Virus record (IMG/VR): IMGVR_UViG_3300049914_000251 | Coordinates: 1-64,000 of that record | From: a virus | DNA length: 64,000 nt | Strand: one strand, 5' to 3' | In this document: positions 10,242-19,501 of the stretch, one piece after another | Position numbering within the stretch: the stretch's first letter is position 1 | Layout: each line of letters begins with the position of its first letter | Program-made: the position numbers and the translations under genes | Notes under the pieces: model-generated | The model's database searches: none | Told to the model about the DNA's origin: nothing | The model's input: the letters and a program-made list of their open reading frames with translations, nothing else

Positions 10242-10824
10242 TATACCCTCCCTCAAAAAGAAAAGTTGAAGTGTTAGACCCGTATCCTGTAGGATGCCAA
10301 ATGTGCGCCAACTTCATTCCCGTCTCACTGGAAACCCTTGCTGCAAAGTCCTCCTCTGAAAAATGAAATATGTGCATAAGTGGCCCTTTCCAAACATCAG
10401 ACGAATTCAAAGGCACCTCAATAAATAACTTACCCACCCGACCCTCAAAAAGCCTCAGCGACCGAAACGTCTGCTCAACACTTTTACGATACATGTCAAG
10501 ATGAAGTACTGAGAACATCAAAACCACATCATAATACCCCATCCCAAAACATTGCCACTCAGAAATGTGGCACTTAATCGGAAGATTATTTATCAAAGCC
10601 AAATACCTGGATACCGCCACACTATCGTAATTGATATCGATAGCCGTAACATCAAAGCCCCGCTCTGCCAGGGCACGACTAAAATATCCTTCGTGACATC
10701 CTATGTCTAACACCCTTCTTCCCTCACCCAACCATCTAAGCACATACTCCAAACGATGCTCACTATCATGTCTGTGCAAAGTAAAAGATTTCACTCTTTC
10801 ATCATCAACAGGCAAGATAATCAA
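10228..10824 (-). CDS. class I SAM methyltransferase (C-terminal part of split ParB-MTase paralog)
   Basis: LDIGCHEGYFS; colinear with the C-terminal part of 8575..9615. Confidence 0.75.
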   Translation of the reverse strand: MIILPVDDERVKSFTLHRHDSEHRLEYVLRWLGEGRRVLDIGCHEGYFSRALAERGFDVTAIDINYDSVAVSRYLALINNLPIKCHISEWQCFGMGYYDVVLMFSVLHLDMYRKSVEQTFRSLRLFEGRVGKLFIEVPLNSSDVWKGPLMHIFHFSEEDFAARVSSETGMKLAHIWHPTGYGSNTSTFLFEGGYNEAK

Positions 10825-11143
10825 GTATAGAAAGTCTATGATTACCCTCTAAAATATGCACGGCCCCTGAATTATCAAACCAGACAATTATTTCCCCGCT
10901 ATGTACCCCATCACGTTTAATACTCTCGTACATACCGATAAGCTTATTTTGATACCCCAGCACATCCTCAACAGTTTTACACGTAGTGTGCCACGGATGA
11001 CCTGCTTTTATACGTTCCAAAGCAGCCAGCACATAAGGAGAACGACTAACATCCTCCCCCGCATCATGCATACGCAACGTCGGATGAAGCAGCACACTAT
11101 AACGTAATAAACTTCGTCTGATATCATAATACACAGGCACCAT
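10805..11143 (-). CDS. ParB/Srx-like domain (N-terminal part of split ParB-MTase paralog)
   Basis: MYESIKRDG...ILEGNHRLS; colinear with the N-terminus of 8575..9615. Confidence 0.75.
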   Translation of the reverse strand: MVPVYYDIRRSLLRYSVLLHPTLRMHDAGEDVSRSPYVLAALERIKAGHPWHTTCKTVEDVLGYQNKLIGMYESIKRDGVHSGEIIVWFDNSGAVHILEGNHRLSILDYLAC

Positions 11144-11151
11144 TTTAACTC

Positions 11152-11967
11152 CTAAAACTTCACAGCTCTCATTCCAAAATGCTGCTTTGAAGTATCAATC
11201 GCTCTAACAGCCCACGCCGGACACTCAGCTCCACGGAACTTACACCCATAGCACATCCGACTCTTGCCCGCAGGCGTAAACTTTCCAGCCTCTATAAGTT
11301 GGATCGCGTCCAGGCACCTTCTCAACACACCCCTCACATCGTAATACTCGAACGGAACTTCTATTATCGGATGCTGCATAAGTGGAGCTATAAAAGCTAT
11401 CCTGCTCACCTTAGCCTTATCCAACGCCGTGAACAGCGCCACGTAAAATAACAACTGGTCCTTATTCAGCCATTCCTTATTGGTCGTAACCTTCATCTCA
11501 AATACTGTTCTCTTCTCGTGGTCAAAGAAATCAGCCGTGCCCGCCAGTTCATGCTCTGTATGACCCGGAAATGGTGCTAGCCCGTATCTCTGAGTTTGCA
11601 GATTCTTATTTCCCGTCAATTCATATCTCAGAAACACCTGCTCTATCCTCGGCACGTACTTTAATACCCTATGCCTGAGCAACTCCCTGTCTGTACTAAC
11701 CCCTTCCTTTGAAAGAGTAGCTTTAGAAAGAACGAGCCACGTTACTCGGTTCTTCTCCAAATACCACTCAAAACACTTCTCAGCATGTTTCTGCATCCAT
11801 CCCCGCTCGCAACCATGTTTGAACCAGGACACTACTAACTTATCACAAACCGCCCCAACCACAAAATTACGATTATTTGGCTGACCCTCTACCCGATCAA
11901 TCCAATCAAGCTTATACTGCCAGGAACATCCCTCAATCTGAGACAGTATGTGCGGACCGATTCTCAT
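11152..11967 (-). CDS. PD-(D/E)XK exonuclease, Cas4/RecB-like with Fe-S cysteines
   Basis: N-terminal Cys, GTAD..FEMK, QLLFY, C-terminal CYGC..C. Confidence 0.85.
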   Translation of the reverse strand: MRIGPHILSQIEGCSWQYKLDWIDRVEGQPNNRNFVVGAVCDKLVVSWFKHGCERGWMQKHAEKCFEWYLEKNRVTWLVLSKATLSKEGVSTDRELLRHRVLKYVPRIEQVFLRYELTGNKNLQTQRYGLAPFPGHTEHELAGTADFFDHEKRTVFEMKVTTNKEWLNKDQLLFYVALFTALDKAKVSRIAFIAPLMQHPIIEVPFEYYDVRGVLRRCLDAIQLIEAGKFTPAGKSRMCYGCKFRGAECPAWAVRAIDTSKQHFGMRAVKF

Positions 11968-12119
11968 CCCATCTCTCCTCTAACGTCGGTCCACCCACGC
12001 TTCCACGGCAAGTCATAAGTATCTAATCTGTCCGAACCTCTCCACCACTTCAAATCCTCTAATTTAATCCAATAATAAAACCCATCCGGTATCTGCATAT
12101 TAAACAACAAACCATCCAT
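11964..12119 (-). CDS. small hypothetical protein (51 aa, not in ORF track)
   Basis: MDGLLFNMQ...GEMG*; fills the gap with an ATGA overlap. Confidence 0.5.
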   Translation of the reverse strand: MDGLLFNMQIPDGFYYWIKLEDLKWWRGSDRLDTYDLPWKRGWTDVRGEMG

Positions 12120-12125
12120 TTGAAA

Positions 12126-13100
12126 TTATACCTCCTGCAGCATCTTATGAGCCATCTCTGCCACGTCCGGATCCAAATCTTTCATAGCATCTATCTCTGC
12201 AAGCAACCCTTCCAGCGTAACGTAATCGAATGTTGTATCAGTCAGGCTCTCCAGAAATGTATCTATCTCCTCTTCCTTCTGCTGCTCAGCCTGATACTCA
12301 TCCATTAAATAAACTTCTTCGATAGGCTTAACGTTCTTTAGCTTTATATAATCCACGCTTATCTTCCGTGTACTCTGATCGATCTCGATATAAGCCACTT
12401 GTGGCTGCCTTCGCAAATCATCCCCTGCTATTGAACAGCGAGCGATTCCACCCGGATTAACAAAAACAGTTTTACCTTCCCCGTTCCAATCAGGACTGTA
12501 AAACACATCGTCCGCCACATGCTTATGTCCCCACAGTACCATATCAGCCTTGCCCACCACCTCATGCCAACTTATCGTATCAAAAGGATACGGCTTATCA
12601 TCAAGTACGATGGGCTGATGCGCTATGATAACAGACATATACCTGCCTCTTAGCTCTTTAGAAATACTTGCCCAAACCCCATCAGGTAACTTAGATACCC
12701 CGGGCACGATCAACCATATAATATCCTTCCACTTAGTAACACTGTACGGATGAAGCTTGACCACGCTCGGCATAGAGTCCAAAGCCCCGAACGGTTGCCT
12801 GACCAGCGTTTCAAGATTATCGTCTTTAATATCATGATTGCCTGGAACCGCTATCAACCTGCTAGGAAGCAAATCCGCTACCCACGACAGTACCCTGTTG
12901 GTCAGATCATGAGATACCCGGTACGCCGACTTCTGATGAAATATATCTCCAGCATGTAGCACAACATCCACCTTATACCTGTGTGCTATCTCGGAAACCT
13001 CATTCATCTTAGCTATAACGTCTTCAGCATAAGTTCCGGTACGCCTTGACGGAGGCCTATCTGCTAAATGAGAATCTTGAACCTGCAACAGCTTTAACAA
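12126..13100 (-). CDS. SbcD/Mre11-like metallophosphoesterase nuclease
   Basis: DSH, GDIFH, GNHD, AHQ, GHKH, NPG motifs; acidic helical C-terminus. Confidence 0.9.
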   Translation of the reverse strand: MLKLLQVQDSHLADRPPSRRTGTYAEDVIAKMNEVSEIAHRYKVDVVLHAGDIFHQKSAYRVSHDLTNRVLSWVADLLPSRLIAVPGNHDIKDDNLETLVRQPFGALDSMPSVVKLHPYSVTKWKDIIWLIVPGVSKLPDGVWASISKELRGRYMSVIIAHQPIVLDDKPYPFDTISWHEVVGKADMVLWGHKHVADDVFYSPDWNGEGKTVFVNPGGIARCSIAGDDLRRQPQVAYIEIDQSTRKISVDYIKLKNVKPIEEVYLMDEYQAEQQKEEEIDTFLESLTDTTFDYVTLEGLLAEIDAMKDLDPDVAEMAHKMLQEV

Positions 13101-13420
13101 TTCTCGACCCTCTTCCTGGCCAAAAAAACCTTAAATCTCTCCAGTTGCCTCTCCCGTGCCGCTTTACTCTGCCAAAGCCAACTCACGCTAAGGCCTAACA
13201 CTCTGAATAAAATAAACATCCCATCTCGATTAATGTTCGTTCGCCAATCTAAAAACCATCTCCGTCCTAATTGAGAACGAGAATTGTACCCAAGATAAAA
13301 ACATCCCGGCAGTCGTTCGGTATCAAAAGAAAACCCCTCGTCATCATTCCACACATACACAAACACGCCTAAAACGCTAAAACCGATCAATTCACCATCC
13401 ACTTCCACACGTTTTTTCAT
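13094..13420 (-). CDS. hypothetical protein
   Basis: ORF; start moved to MKKRVE. Confidence 0.5.
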   Translation of the reverse strand: MKKRVEVDGELIGFSVLGVFVYVWNDDEGFSFDTERLPGCFYLGYNSRSQLGRRWFLDWRTNINRDGMFILFRVLGLSVSWLWQSKAARERQLERFKVFLARKRVENC

Positions 13421-13457
13421 AATAATACCACCCTTCTTAATTTCTTGCGAATCTTTC

Positions 13458-14432
13458 TTAACTTCCATTCTTATCACCCATTGGCCTCTCGCACAGCGGA
13501 CAAACTCCCAACTTCTCCTCAAACTCATGAAGCTCTTTATGCTTCGCCTCCATAAGTTCCTCCGCTGCCGCCACCATCTGGCCCAGCTCTAATACCCTCT
13601 TAATTTGCCTACGTAGGTCGTTCAAGGCCTCAACCATACGATTCAGCATAGCTGCTTTGTCAGAAGCAGCCTCGAGGTCTACTTTAGCTATCGGTGCTAT
13701 CTTCACTTCAACCTTATTCAGAGCTGCGACCCTATCAGTCAACTGACGTAGATCAGTCAAATATTCTTGACATCGAAGAAGATTTGTCATGCTCTTATAA
13801 TAGGATTCTCGCTTTACTTTAGCCTGCTCCAGCAACTCACCACGCCTCTTCAGACTAACAAATTCCTGTACCTGTTTCAACCTATCAGCCAGCTCAGCTC
13901 CCACTGTCTCCTTATCCCGGCTCGTTCTCTTAGCTAGTGTATTAGCGCTCTGCGTTGCCATGTAAAGAATGTTTACCCCGGAAAGCTCTCCCAATATCTT
14001 TGCTACCCGGGGAGAAGTCTCATCAGCCAGAAAAGGTAACGAGAACTGGTTGTGGAAATTAGGAGTAAACTTTATACCAGAACCCAGCGAAATCTCTCCC
14101 ATTCGCATGGCCTTAACAACATCTTCTGGAACTGCTCCACCTGTCTTACCGTATGACCTTACATCATTCCCCACAATAATATCATACTCAGCTATCTTAG
14201 CTGTCTTCTGCCATCTCACGGACACATTATCCTTCTCGATCAAAACAATAGCACTCCTCTTACCCTTAGTAATAAAAGAAGTGCCTGTTTCGTTTTCCAA
14301 TAAAGCGCGCACGGCTCTGATAACAGCCGTCTTACCCACATTAGATTCGCCCACTATCACAGTAAATGGAGCCAGATCAAGCTTCACATCTTGAAGGGAT
14401 TGATACCCCTCTATTTTTAAAGATTTTAACAA
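13458..14432 (-). CDS. SbcC/Rad50-like ATPase, N-terminal half
   Basis: IEGYQS, Walker A GESNVGKT, Q-loop HNQF, coiled coil ending in CPLC zinc hook. Confidence 0.9.
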   Translation of the reverse strand: MLKSLKIEGYQSLQDVKLDLAPFTVIVGESNVGKTAVIRAVRALLENETGTSFITKGKRSAIVLIEKDNVSVRWQKTAKIAEYDIIVGNDVRSYGKTGGAVPEDVVKAMRMGEISLGSGIKFTPNFHNQFSLPFLADETSPRVAKILGELSGVNILYMATQSANTLAKRTSRDKETVGAELADRLKQVQEFVSLKRRGELLEQAKVKRESYYKSMTNLLRCQEYLTDLRQLTDRVAALNKVEVKIAPIAKVDLEAASDKAAMLNRMVEALNDLRRQIKRVLELGQMVAAAEELMEAKHKELHEFEEKLGVCPLCERPMGDKNGS

Positions 14433-14440
14433 TGCAACTC

Positions 14441-14866
14441 CTAAGTGATACGTTCAGATTCAGAAAGGTAAAAGGCACCTGCGTCGATCACCCTAATTTT
14501 ATATCCCTCGAACTCCTGTACATTCTTCCATCTGTATAATGAGTACCATCTTCTTTGAAACAAATACCATAAACCCCTGAACCCTACCTTATAAGTTTTA
14601 ATTCCCACTCCCTTCCCACCGGCATCTTTGACATACTTGTTAAAATCCCACCTACCATCATCTGTATTTGTAATATTAAGTCCTTTAATCTCCCTACCAT
14701 AATAACAATCAAAAGCTCTCCCACACCTATAACAAAATGTAGCTTCACCACCACCCAACCCACTATGATGATGGTGATATTTTTTGTGAAAAATAGAGCA
14801 AAACAAAAACGGTAACCACCTTCGTTCCCAAAAATTTCTAGGAGTTATATCCATAATTACCTCCAC
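14441..14866 (-). CDS. hypothetical protein
   Basis: ORF with SD; His/Cys motif. Confidence 0.5.
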   Translation of the reverse strand: MEVIMDITPRNFWERRWLPFLFCSIFHKKYHHHHSGLGGGEATFCYRCGRAFDCYYGREIKGLNITNTDDGRWDFNKYVKDAGGKGVGIKTYKVGFRGLWYLFQRRWYSLYRWKNVQEFEGYKIRVIDAGAFYLSESERIT

Positions 14867-14875
14867 AATTCTCCC

Positions 14876-15070
14876 TCAGCCAGAGCCATCTTTACCTCCA
14901 TTAAAGGCCTCTGCGAACTCCGCCACTTTTTTATCCTGACACTCTGTAGAACATAAAAAAGTACCGAAGTCCACATCTACAAAAACAGTGGATTCGCAAC
15001 AGTTCCAACAAGGCCCCGATACCTTGAGTTCAATTATACCCCTGTCCGGAACTTTCTCCGTGAACTTCAA
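14876..15070 (-). CDS. small Cys-motif hypothetical protein
   Basis: CWNC...CSTEC. Confidence 0.5.
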   Translation of the reverse strand: MKFTEKVPDRGIIELKVSGPCWNCCESTVFVDVDFGTFLCSTECQDKKVAEFAEAFNGGKDGSG

Positions 15071-15079
15071 ACTACCTCT

Positions 15080-16111
15080 TTATTTATGTGCGCCGTTTGG
15101 CATCACCCTGTGACAACTCGGGCACACATCAGGATGTGCAGCTACCCTACCGGCCGCTGTCATCAGCCTAACCTGCAATTGTGCATTATCCACCACTTCC
15201 GGATCATGTGAAATCACATATGTCATAGCGTCTATCACATCGTAGACTGTAGTAGCTCCAGTGTTCAACACCCTGTCCGTGATCAAATCTCTAATATCAG
15301 CGGGAACTTTATACGTAGAGAATATAGAGTTCATAACTTCTCCCACGTGCTCGGTCAGCCCTACTTCCTTAGTTCTCATGAGCCTTTCATGCTCATTCTT
15401 CAAAGCATCGTAAGCTGCCCCGGCTGCCATCTCGATCCACTCGTAAATACCCTCTTCTCCACCCTGCCCGGCCCTGCGTTGCCATTTAACGAGAGTAACC
15501 GGTGCTACCATACCATTAGTACAAACCAGCTTCAACAGATAAGACCCCAGCACCAGCGGACACTTTCCGCTCGGAGAATATTGTATTGTCACTCCACCAT
15601 TCATAGTATCATCTCCGACACCAAAAGGCTTGCCCATCTGTACTATTGCCATATGACAGTAATCGATATCGAAAGATGCCTTATCATACCCTATGGCCTC
15701 CGCCCCGGGTTTAACTCCCATGGCTCTTTCCACCGTGCTCAGCACCATAGAAGGCGGTATGAACTCCACGTTGGGTTTAACAAAAGCTTCCACCACGGTC
15801 TCGTTAGATACCAGCATCTTAAGATCCTTAAGCGAACGACTCGCCCAATAGTTAATATGCGGTATGATTAGCTGCACCGGACACTTAGCTGCATACGGAC
15901 CTGGAATACCGCACATCTGCGCTATGTCAATAAAGGCCCTCTGCGTAACCTTATACTCCGTGTTACCTGACCGCATCAAAACCTCGGACTTTTCTTCCTC
16001 AATCTGCCTTGCCGTGAGCTGCGTCGCTGGCGGCGCCCAATTCAGGATCTTCTCCCTCAGCACCTCCACCGGCATCATCTCCGTCAACAACGACTCTCGA
16101 TTCGTACTCAA
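15080..16111 (-). CDS. DUF932-like phage protein
   Basis: LVCTNG motif and TVYDVIDAMT helix. Confidence 0.65.
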   Translation of the reverse strand: MSTNRESLLTEMMPVEVLREKILNWAPPATQLTARQIEEEKSEVLMRSGNTEYKVTQRAFIDIAQMCGIPGPYAAKCPVQLIIPHINYWASRSLKDLKMLVSNETVVEAFVKPNVEFIPPSMVLSTVERAMGVKPGAEAIGYDKASFDIDYCHMAIVQMGKPFGVGDDTMNGGVTIQYSPSGKCPLVLGSYLLKLVCTNGMVAPVTLVKWQRRAGQGGEEGIYEWIEMAAGAAYDALKNEHERLMRTKEVGLTEHVGEVMNSIFSTYKVPADIRDLITDRVLNTGATTVYDVIDAMTYVISHDPEVVDNAQLQVRLMTAAGRVAAHPDVCPSCHRVMPNGAHK

Positions 16112-17177
16112 CCTTTCCTCCTTCTGCTAATCCCTTAGCCATTTCTATTGCTTTATTCCTTTTCGTTGCCCCTTCCCCAAGATATGAAAGCAGCTTGGAA
16201 AATCCGGCGGCGGAATAAGGTTCACCACCAGTTATCTCAGAGGGTACAATAAATCTTGTACCATGTTGCCCTATAACATTCCTGGCTATCAGCACATCCA
16301 CAGCCATCCGCATCTCTGAAATTCCCTCTCCAAAATGGATGTAAAAGTACCCGATTCTAAACGGAGATGCCATTTTATTTTTCGTGATCACAGCCTTAAC
16401 CTTTAATGTAGTAAATCCATCTATAAAGGCTCCTGAAATCGGGTCCTGAATTTTACCTTTTATAGCGTCTGCCTTAGCCATCTCAATACGCATCGAACTG
16501 TAGAACTTAAGAGCCTTCCCGCCAGGAGTAGTTTTTCTCTTAATACCCAGCTTTGCAGTGAACCCTGTCTCTATCACATCATGAACATGATTGATAAATA
16601 CCACACAAACCTGCGACTTATGAATAGCAGCTGTTAATCTCCTAAGTTCCTGAGACATAGCCCTGGCTAAAACTGCAACATGAACATCGCCAGGTTCTCC
16701 AGCTAATTCCTTCTCAGTAGCCATCGCTGCCAGGGAATCAAACACTACCATGCTGACTAAGTTATTTGTAATATACAGCTCAGCTATCTTCATACCAGAC
16801 TCAAAAGAATCCGGCTGACTAAGAATAAACTTCTCCTTTGACAAATCGACGCCTAACAACCTGCAATACTTTGGATCAATAGCATGCTCATAATCCAAAC
16901 AAAGCACCGGTTTACCATACTTCTTCTGTGCCTCGGCCATCGCAGACAACGTCGCAGTAGTCTTTCCAGATGAAGGCTCCCCATATATCTCCACCAACCT
17001 ACCAATAGGAAGACCGCCTATCCCCGTTGCTATGTCCAACATAAAAGCTCCGGTAGAAATCGCGTCCACGTTTTCAGCATGCTCATCATCGAGATTAACT
17101 ACTCCGCCCTTCTCGATGCTCTTATTGACGAATGCCTTCGCCTCAGCAAGCGTCAATTTTTTCTCTTCTTTAACCAT
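15999..17177 (-). CDS. recA: RecA recombinase
   Basis: ISTG..LDIATGIGGLPIGRLVEIYGEPSSGKTT, DSLAA, TTPGGKALKFYSSMR, KNK. Confidence 0.97.
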   Translation of the reverse strand: MVKEEKKLTLAEAKAFVNKSIEKGGVVNLDDEHAENVDAISTGAFMLDIATGIGGLPIGRLVEIYGEPSSGKTTATLSAMAEAQKKYGKPVLCLDYEHAIDPKYCRLLGVDLSKEKFILSQPDSFESGMKIAELYITNNLVSMVVFDSLAAMATEKELAGEPGDVHVAVLARAMSQELRRLTAAIHKSQVCVVFINHVHDVIETGFTAKLGIKRKTTPGGKALKFYSSMRIEMAKADAIKGKIQDPISGAFIDGFTTLKVKAVITKNKMASPFRIGYFYIHFGEGISEMRMAVDVLIARNVIGQHGTRFIVPSEITGGEPYSAAGFSKLLSYLGEGATKRNKAIEMAKGLAEGGKVEYESRVVVDGDDAGGGAEGEDPELGAASDAAHGKAD

Positions 17178-17179
17178 AA

Positions 17180-17929
17180 TTACCTCTTGTTCTGCATGTC
17201 AGCTCTCCCGGCCAAAACATGCTTTGGAGACATCAGACCATCTATATCTCCGTGCCCGTAATACAACCCGTTCAGTACCTGATTACCCCGGACCTCTTTT
17301 TCAGTTTCAATATCCTCTGCTTCATGCAGCAGATAAATACCGCCTATCATAGCCAGCACAAAAGCATCCGTAGCATCGGTCCTCTCTTTAGCATGCGCGA
17401 GTCTGGATTTAAACCCGAAATAATGTTCCGTCAACACAGCTACTTGCTGCTTAGTCTTTGGATATGAACATTCTGGATCTGCGCATAAAAACTTCTTCAG
17501 CCACACTGGAGAACACCACAGCTGACGAATTCCCTCAAAAAACAACAACATTCTGAGCATACCACTCAGTTCCCCGGTAGTGTATGAATTAAACGACATC
17601 CTTTGCCTGGTATAATCCTCTATAACCACCAGATCTACCTTCACAGATTTAACCATGTCTACCATAGACTTTGCAGCGCTTATACGTTCTGCCGTAGAAT
17701 TCCCAGCCTCTACCTGGGACTCGAACAAAAGAGTATACCTCTTATCCCTTTGCCATAAAGGGAAAGCTAACATATCAACTCCGACCACTCCCGAATATTT
17801 CACGGCCAGATCAATTCCGACTACTGTCCGAGACAAATACCCTGACGTACCTACTTCCTCACCCAGATCGCCACACAACCCATGTGGCTGACTACAATAA
17901 CAAGTAGGATCCGAACACTCTCTCACCAT
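17180..17929 (-). CDS. ruvC: RuvC-like Holliday junction resolvase
   Basis: VVGIDLA, VVIED, LKKF, DATDA catalytic motifs. Confidence 0.85.
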   Translation of the reverse strand: MVRECSDPTCYCSQPHGLCGDLGEEVGTSGYLSRTVVGIDLAVKYSGVVGVDMLAFPLWQRDKRYTLLFESQVEAGNSTAERISAAKSMVDMVKSVKVDLVVIEDYTRQRMSFNSYTTGELSGMLRMLLFFEGIRQLWCSPVWLKKFLCADPECSYPKTKQQVAVLTEHYFGFKSRLAHAKERTDATDAFVLAMIGGIYLLHEAEDIETEKEVRGNQVLNGLYYGHGDIDGLMSPKHVLAGRADMQNKR

Positions 17930-17958
17930 ACCTAACCCCCTCTATGACAATAATCAGA

Positions 17959-18576
17959 TCATCCTCGTTCCGGCTCATTTTTAACTTCTCTATTTAACCA
18001 CTCCTCATTCGGTATAGCGTATACCGCCTCTACGTGAAACGCGCTCCAACAATCTGCAAAATGCAACATCAGAGTAAGCGGAGTTTCCTTCCCAGACATG
18101 TCCTTATTAGCACTTATATATTGACCGTCATGGCCTGCTATGGCTTGCGCCTCCCACGTCTTAAGCTTCACAAAATGGGACACCGTGACAACAGAACGTA
18201 TCGCGTGGTCCAAATACACCGGCCTATTATTGTTCTCATTAATGGTGTACCCTTGGTTCCACTTAGGAACATAATAAGGCCTTCCCTCTGTTCCAAGCTT
18301 ACCAATATCATGAAATAACCCCACCAGGATACACGACTCTCCCGACACTTGCTTCATATCTTTAAGCAACACCTTACGCAATCTCAGCAAGATCTCAGTT
18401 ACCATGACACTGTGACACAACAAACCACCGTTAAAAGAGCCATGATAATTGCGACTTGCCGGAGCCGTCTTATACCCTAATTTCTCCACGTAATCAAAAA
18501 GCTCCGGCACTCCCTTGCGTCCACATATAGCGTCCTTAAGTTGCTTATACTTAGGCTCTATCTCTTGCAAACTCAC
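17959..18576 (-). CDS. HD-domain phosphohydrolase
   Basis: APAS..YH...GGL..HS, HDIGK, HDG, HFAD. Confidence 0.9.
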   Translation of the reverse strand: MSLQEIEPKYKQLKDAICGRKGVPELFDYVEKLGYKTAPASRNYHGSFNGGLLCHSVMVTEILLRLRKVLLKDMKQVSGESCILVGLFHDIGKLGTEGRPYYVPKWNQGYTINENNNRPVYLDHAIRSVVTVSHFVKLKTWEAQAIAGHDGQYISANKDMSGKETPLTLMLHFADCWSAFHVEAVYAIPNEEWLNREVKNEPERG

Positions 18577-18590
18577 GCATTTCCCACTTT

Positions 18591-19496
18591 CTATTTATCG
18601 AGGTTAGTCAACAGCTCCTCAAAATCCGTTGATGGAACATCCGGGTCAGCAGTTTTAACTGCCTCTACTTTGGCTCCTGCCGAAGCTCCCGCATGTGCCG
18701 GTCCAGTTGGTCCTACTGGAGTATCAACTGTTTTACCCAACTTATTCTCCCCGGCATCTATATCCAGCAAAGACTCCACGCTCTCAGAAGAAGCAGTTAC
18801 ACCTGTGGCCTCATCAGCAAACACCTCGTCGCCAATGTCTTCAACATTGACCTTACCGCCCTTTCTAACAGCCTTAGAAACTGCCACTGTTAGCTCCTGC
18901 TTATTAAGAGTCTTACCCAACAATCGCCCTATGTCCTGACGATGTTCCGCCTTGAAAAGAAACTTAGCTCGCTCTTTTAGCTCCGGAGATGCCATCCAAA
19001 AACATCCTTTGGTGGACACATCTATATCATATTTCTGATAATCCTTGCCCTGGCACGTTATGATCAGATCCTTCTGCCGGAGATCTCCGTGTTCACTTGT
19101 TCTATCACTCAGCACACCAAACTTATCGTTACCATATACCCATGCCTTCACCCTGAAATTGGTAGGCGGAATCACCGTCCCCTTATTATTAGTGATGTAC
19201 TCAAAGATGTGAGTAACGAATCTTCGAGTAGGCATGCTTACAGCAGATTCCCTTCCCTGAGTTGCATGCTTACAAGCGGGACAATTCTCATCGACCTCGC
19301 CTTTGCTCACAATCTCGTAATCACCCAGGCACTCACAGTATCCGGTATCCGTGACCCAGTGCACCACGGCGCAAATAGGTTCCTTATCAAGCATACAGAT
19401 GCGCCTTTTCTCGCCCTTCTCCAACCCCTTGAACTGCTCCATGTCGAATACAGTGGAGACCTTGTTCGACTGATCATAACTCATCGGTTTAGCCAT
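18591..19496 (-). CDS. gp32-like single-stranded DNA-binding protein
   Basis: HW..C..CPAC zinc module, VKAWVYG, KDLIIT..YQKY, acidic C-tail; start moved to MAKPM. Confidence 0.7.
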   Translation of the reverse strand: MAKPMSYDQSNKVSTVFDMEQFKGLEKGEKRRICMLDKEPICAVVHWVTDTGYCECLGDYEIVSKGEVDENCPACKHATQGRESAVSMPTRRFVTHIFEYITNNKGTVIPPTNFRVKAWVYGNDKFGVLSDRTSEHGDLRQKDLIITCQGKDYQKYDIDVSTKGCFWMASPELKERAKFLFKAEHRQDIGRLLGKTLNKQELTVAVSKAVRKGGKVNVEDIGDEVFADEATGVTASSESVESLLDIDAGENKLGKTVDTPVGPTGPAHAGASAGAKVEAVKTADPDVPSTDFEELLTNLDK

Positions 19497-19501
19497 GCTT
19501 C

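Noticed and set aside
11152-11967. Cas4-like gene as evidence of a CRISPR-Cas system
   Set aside because: No other cas genes or repeat-spacer array seen; such nucleases are common solo phage genes
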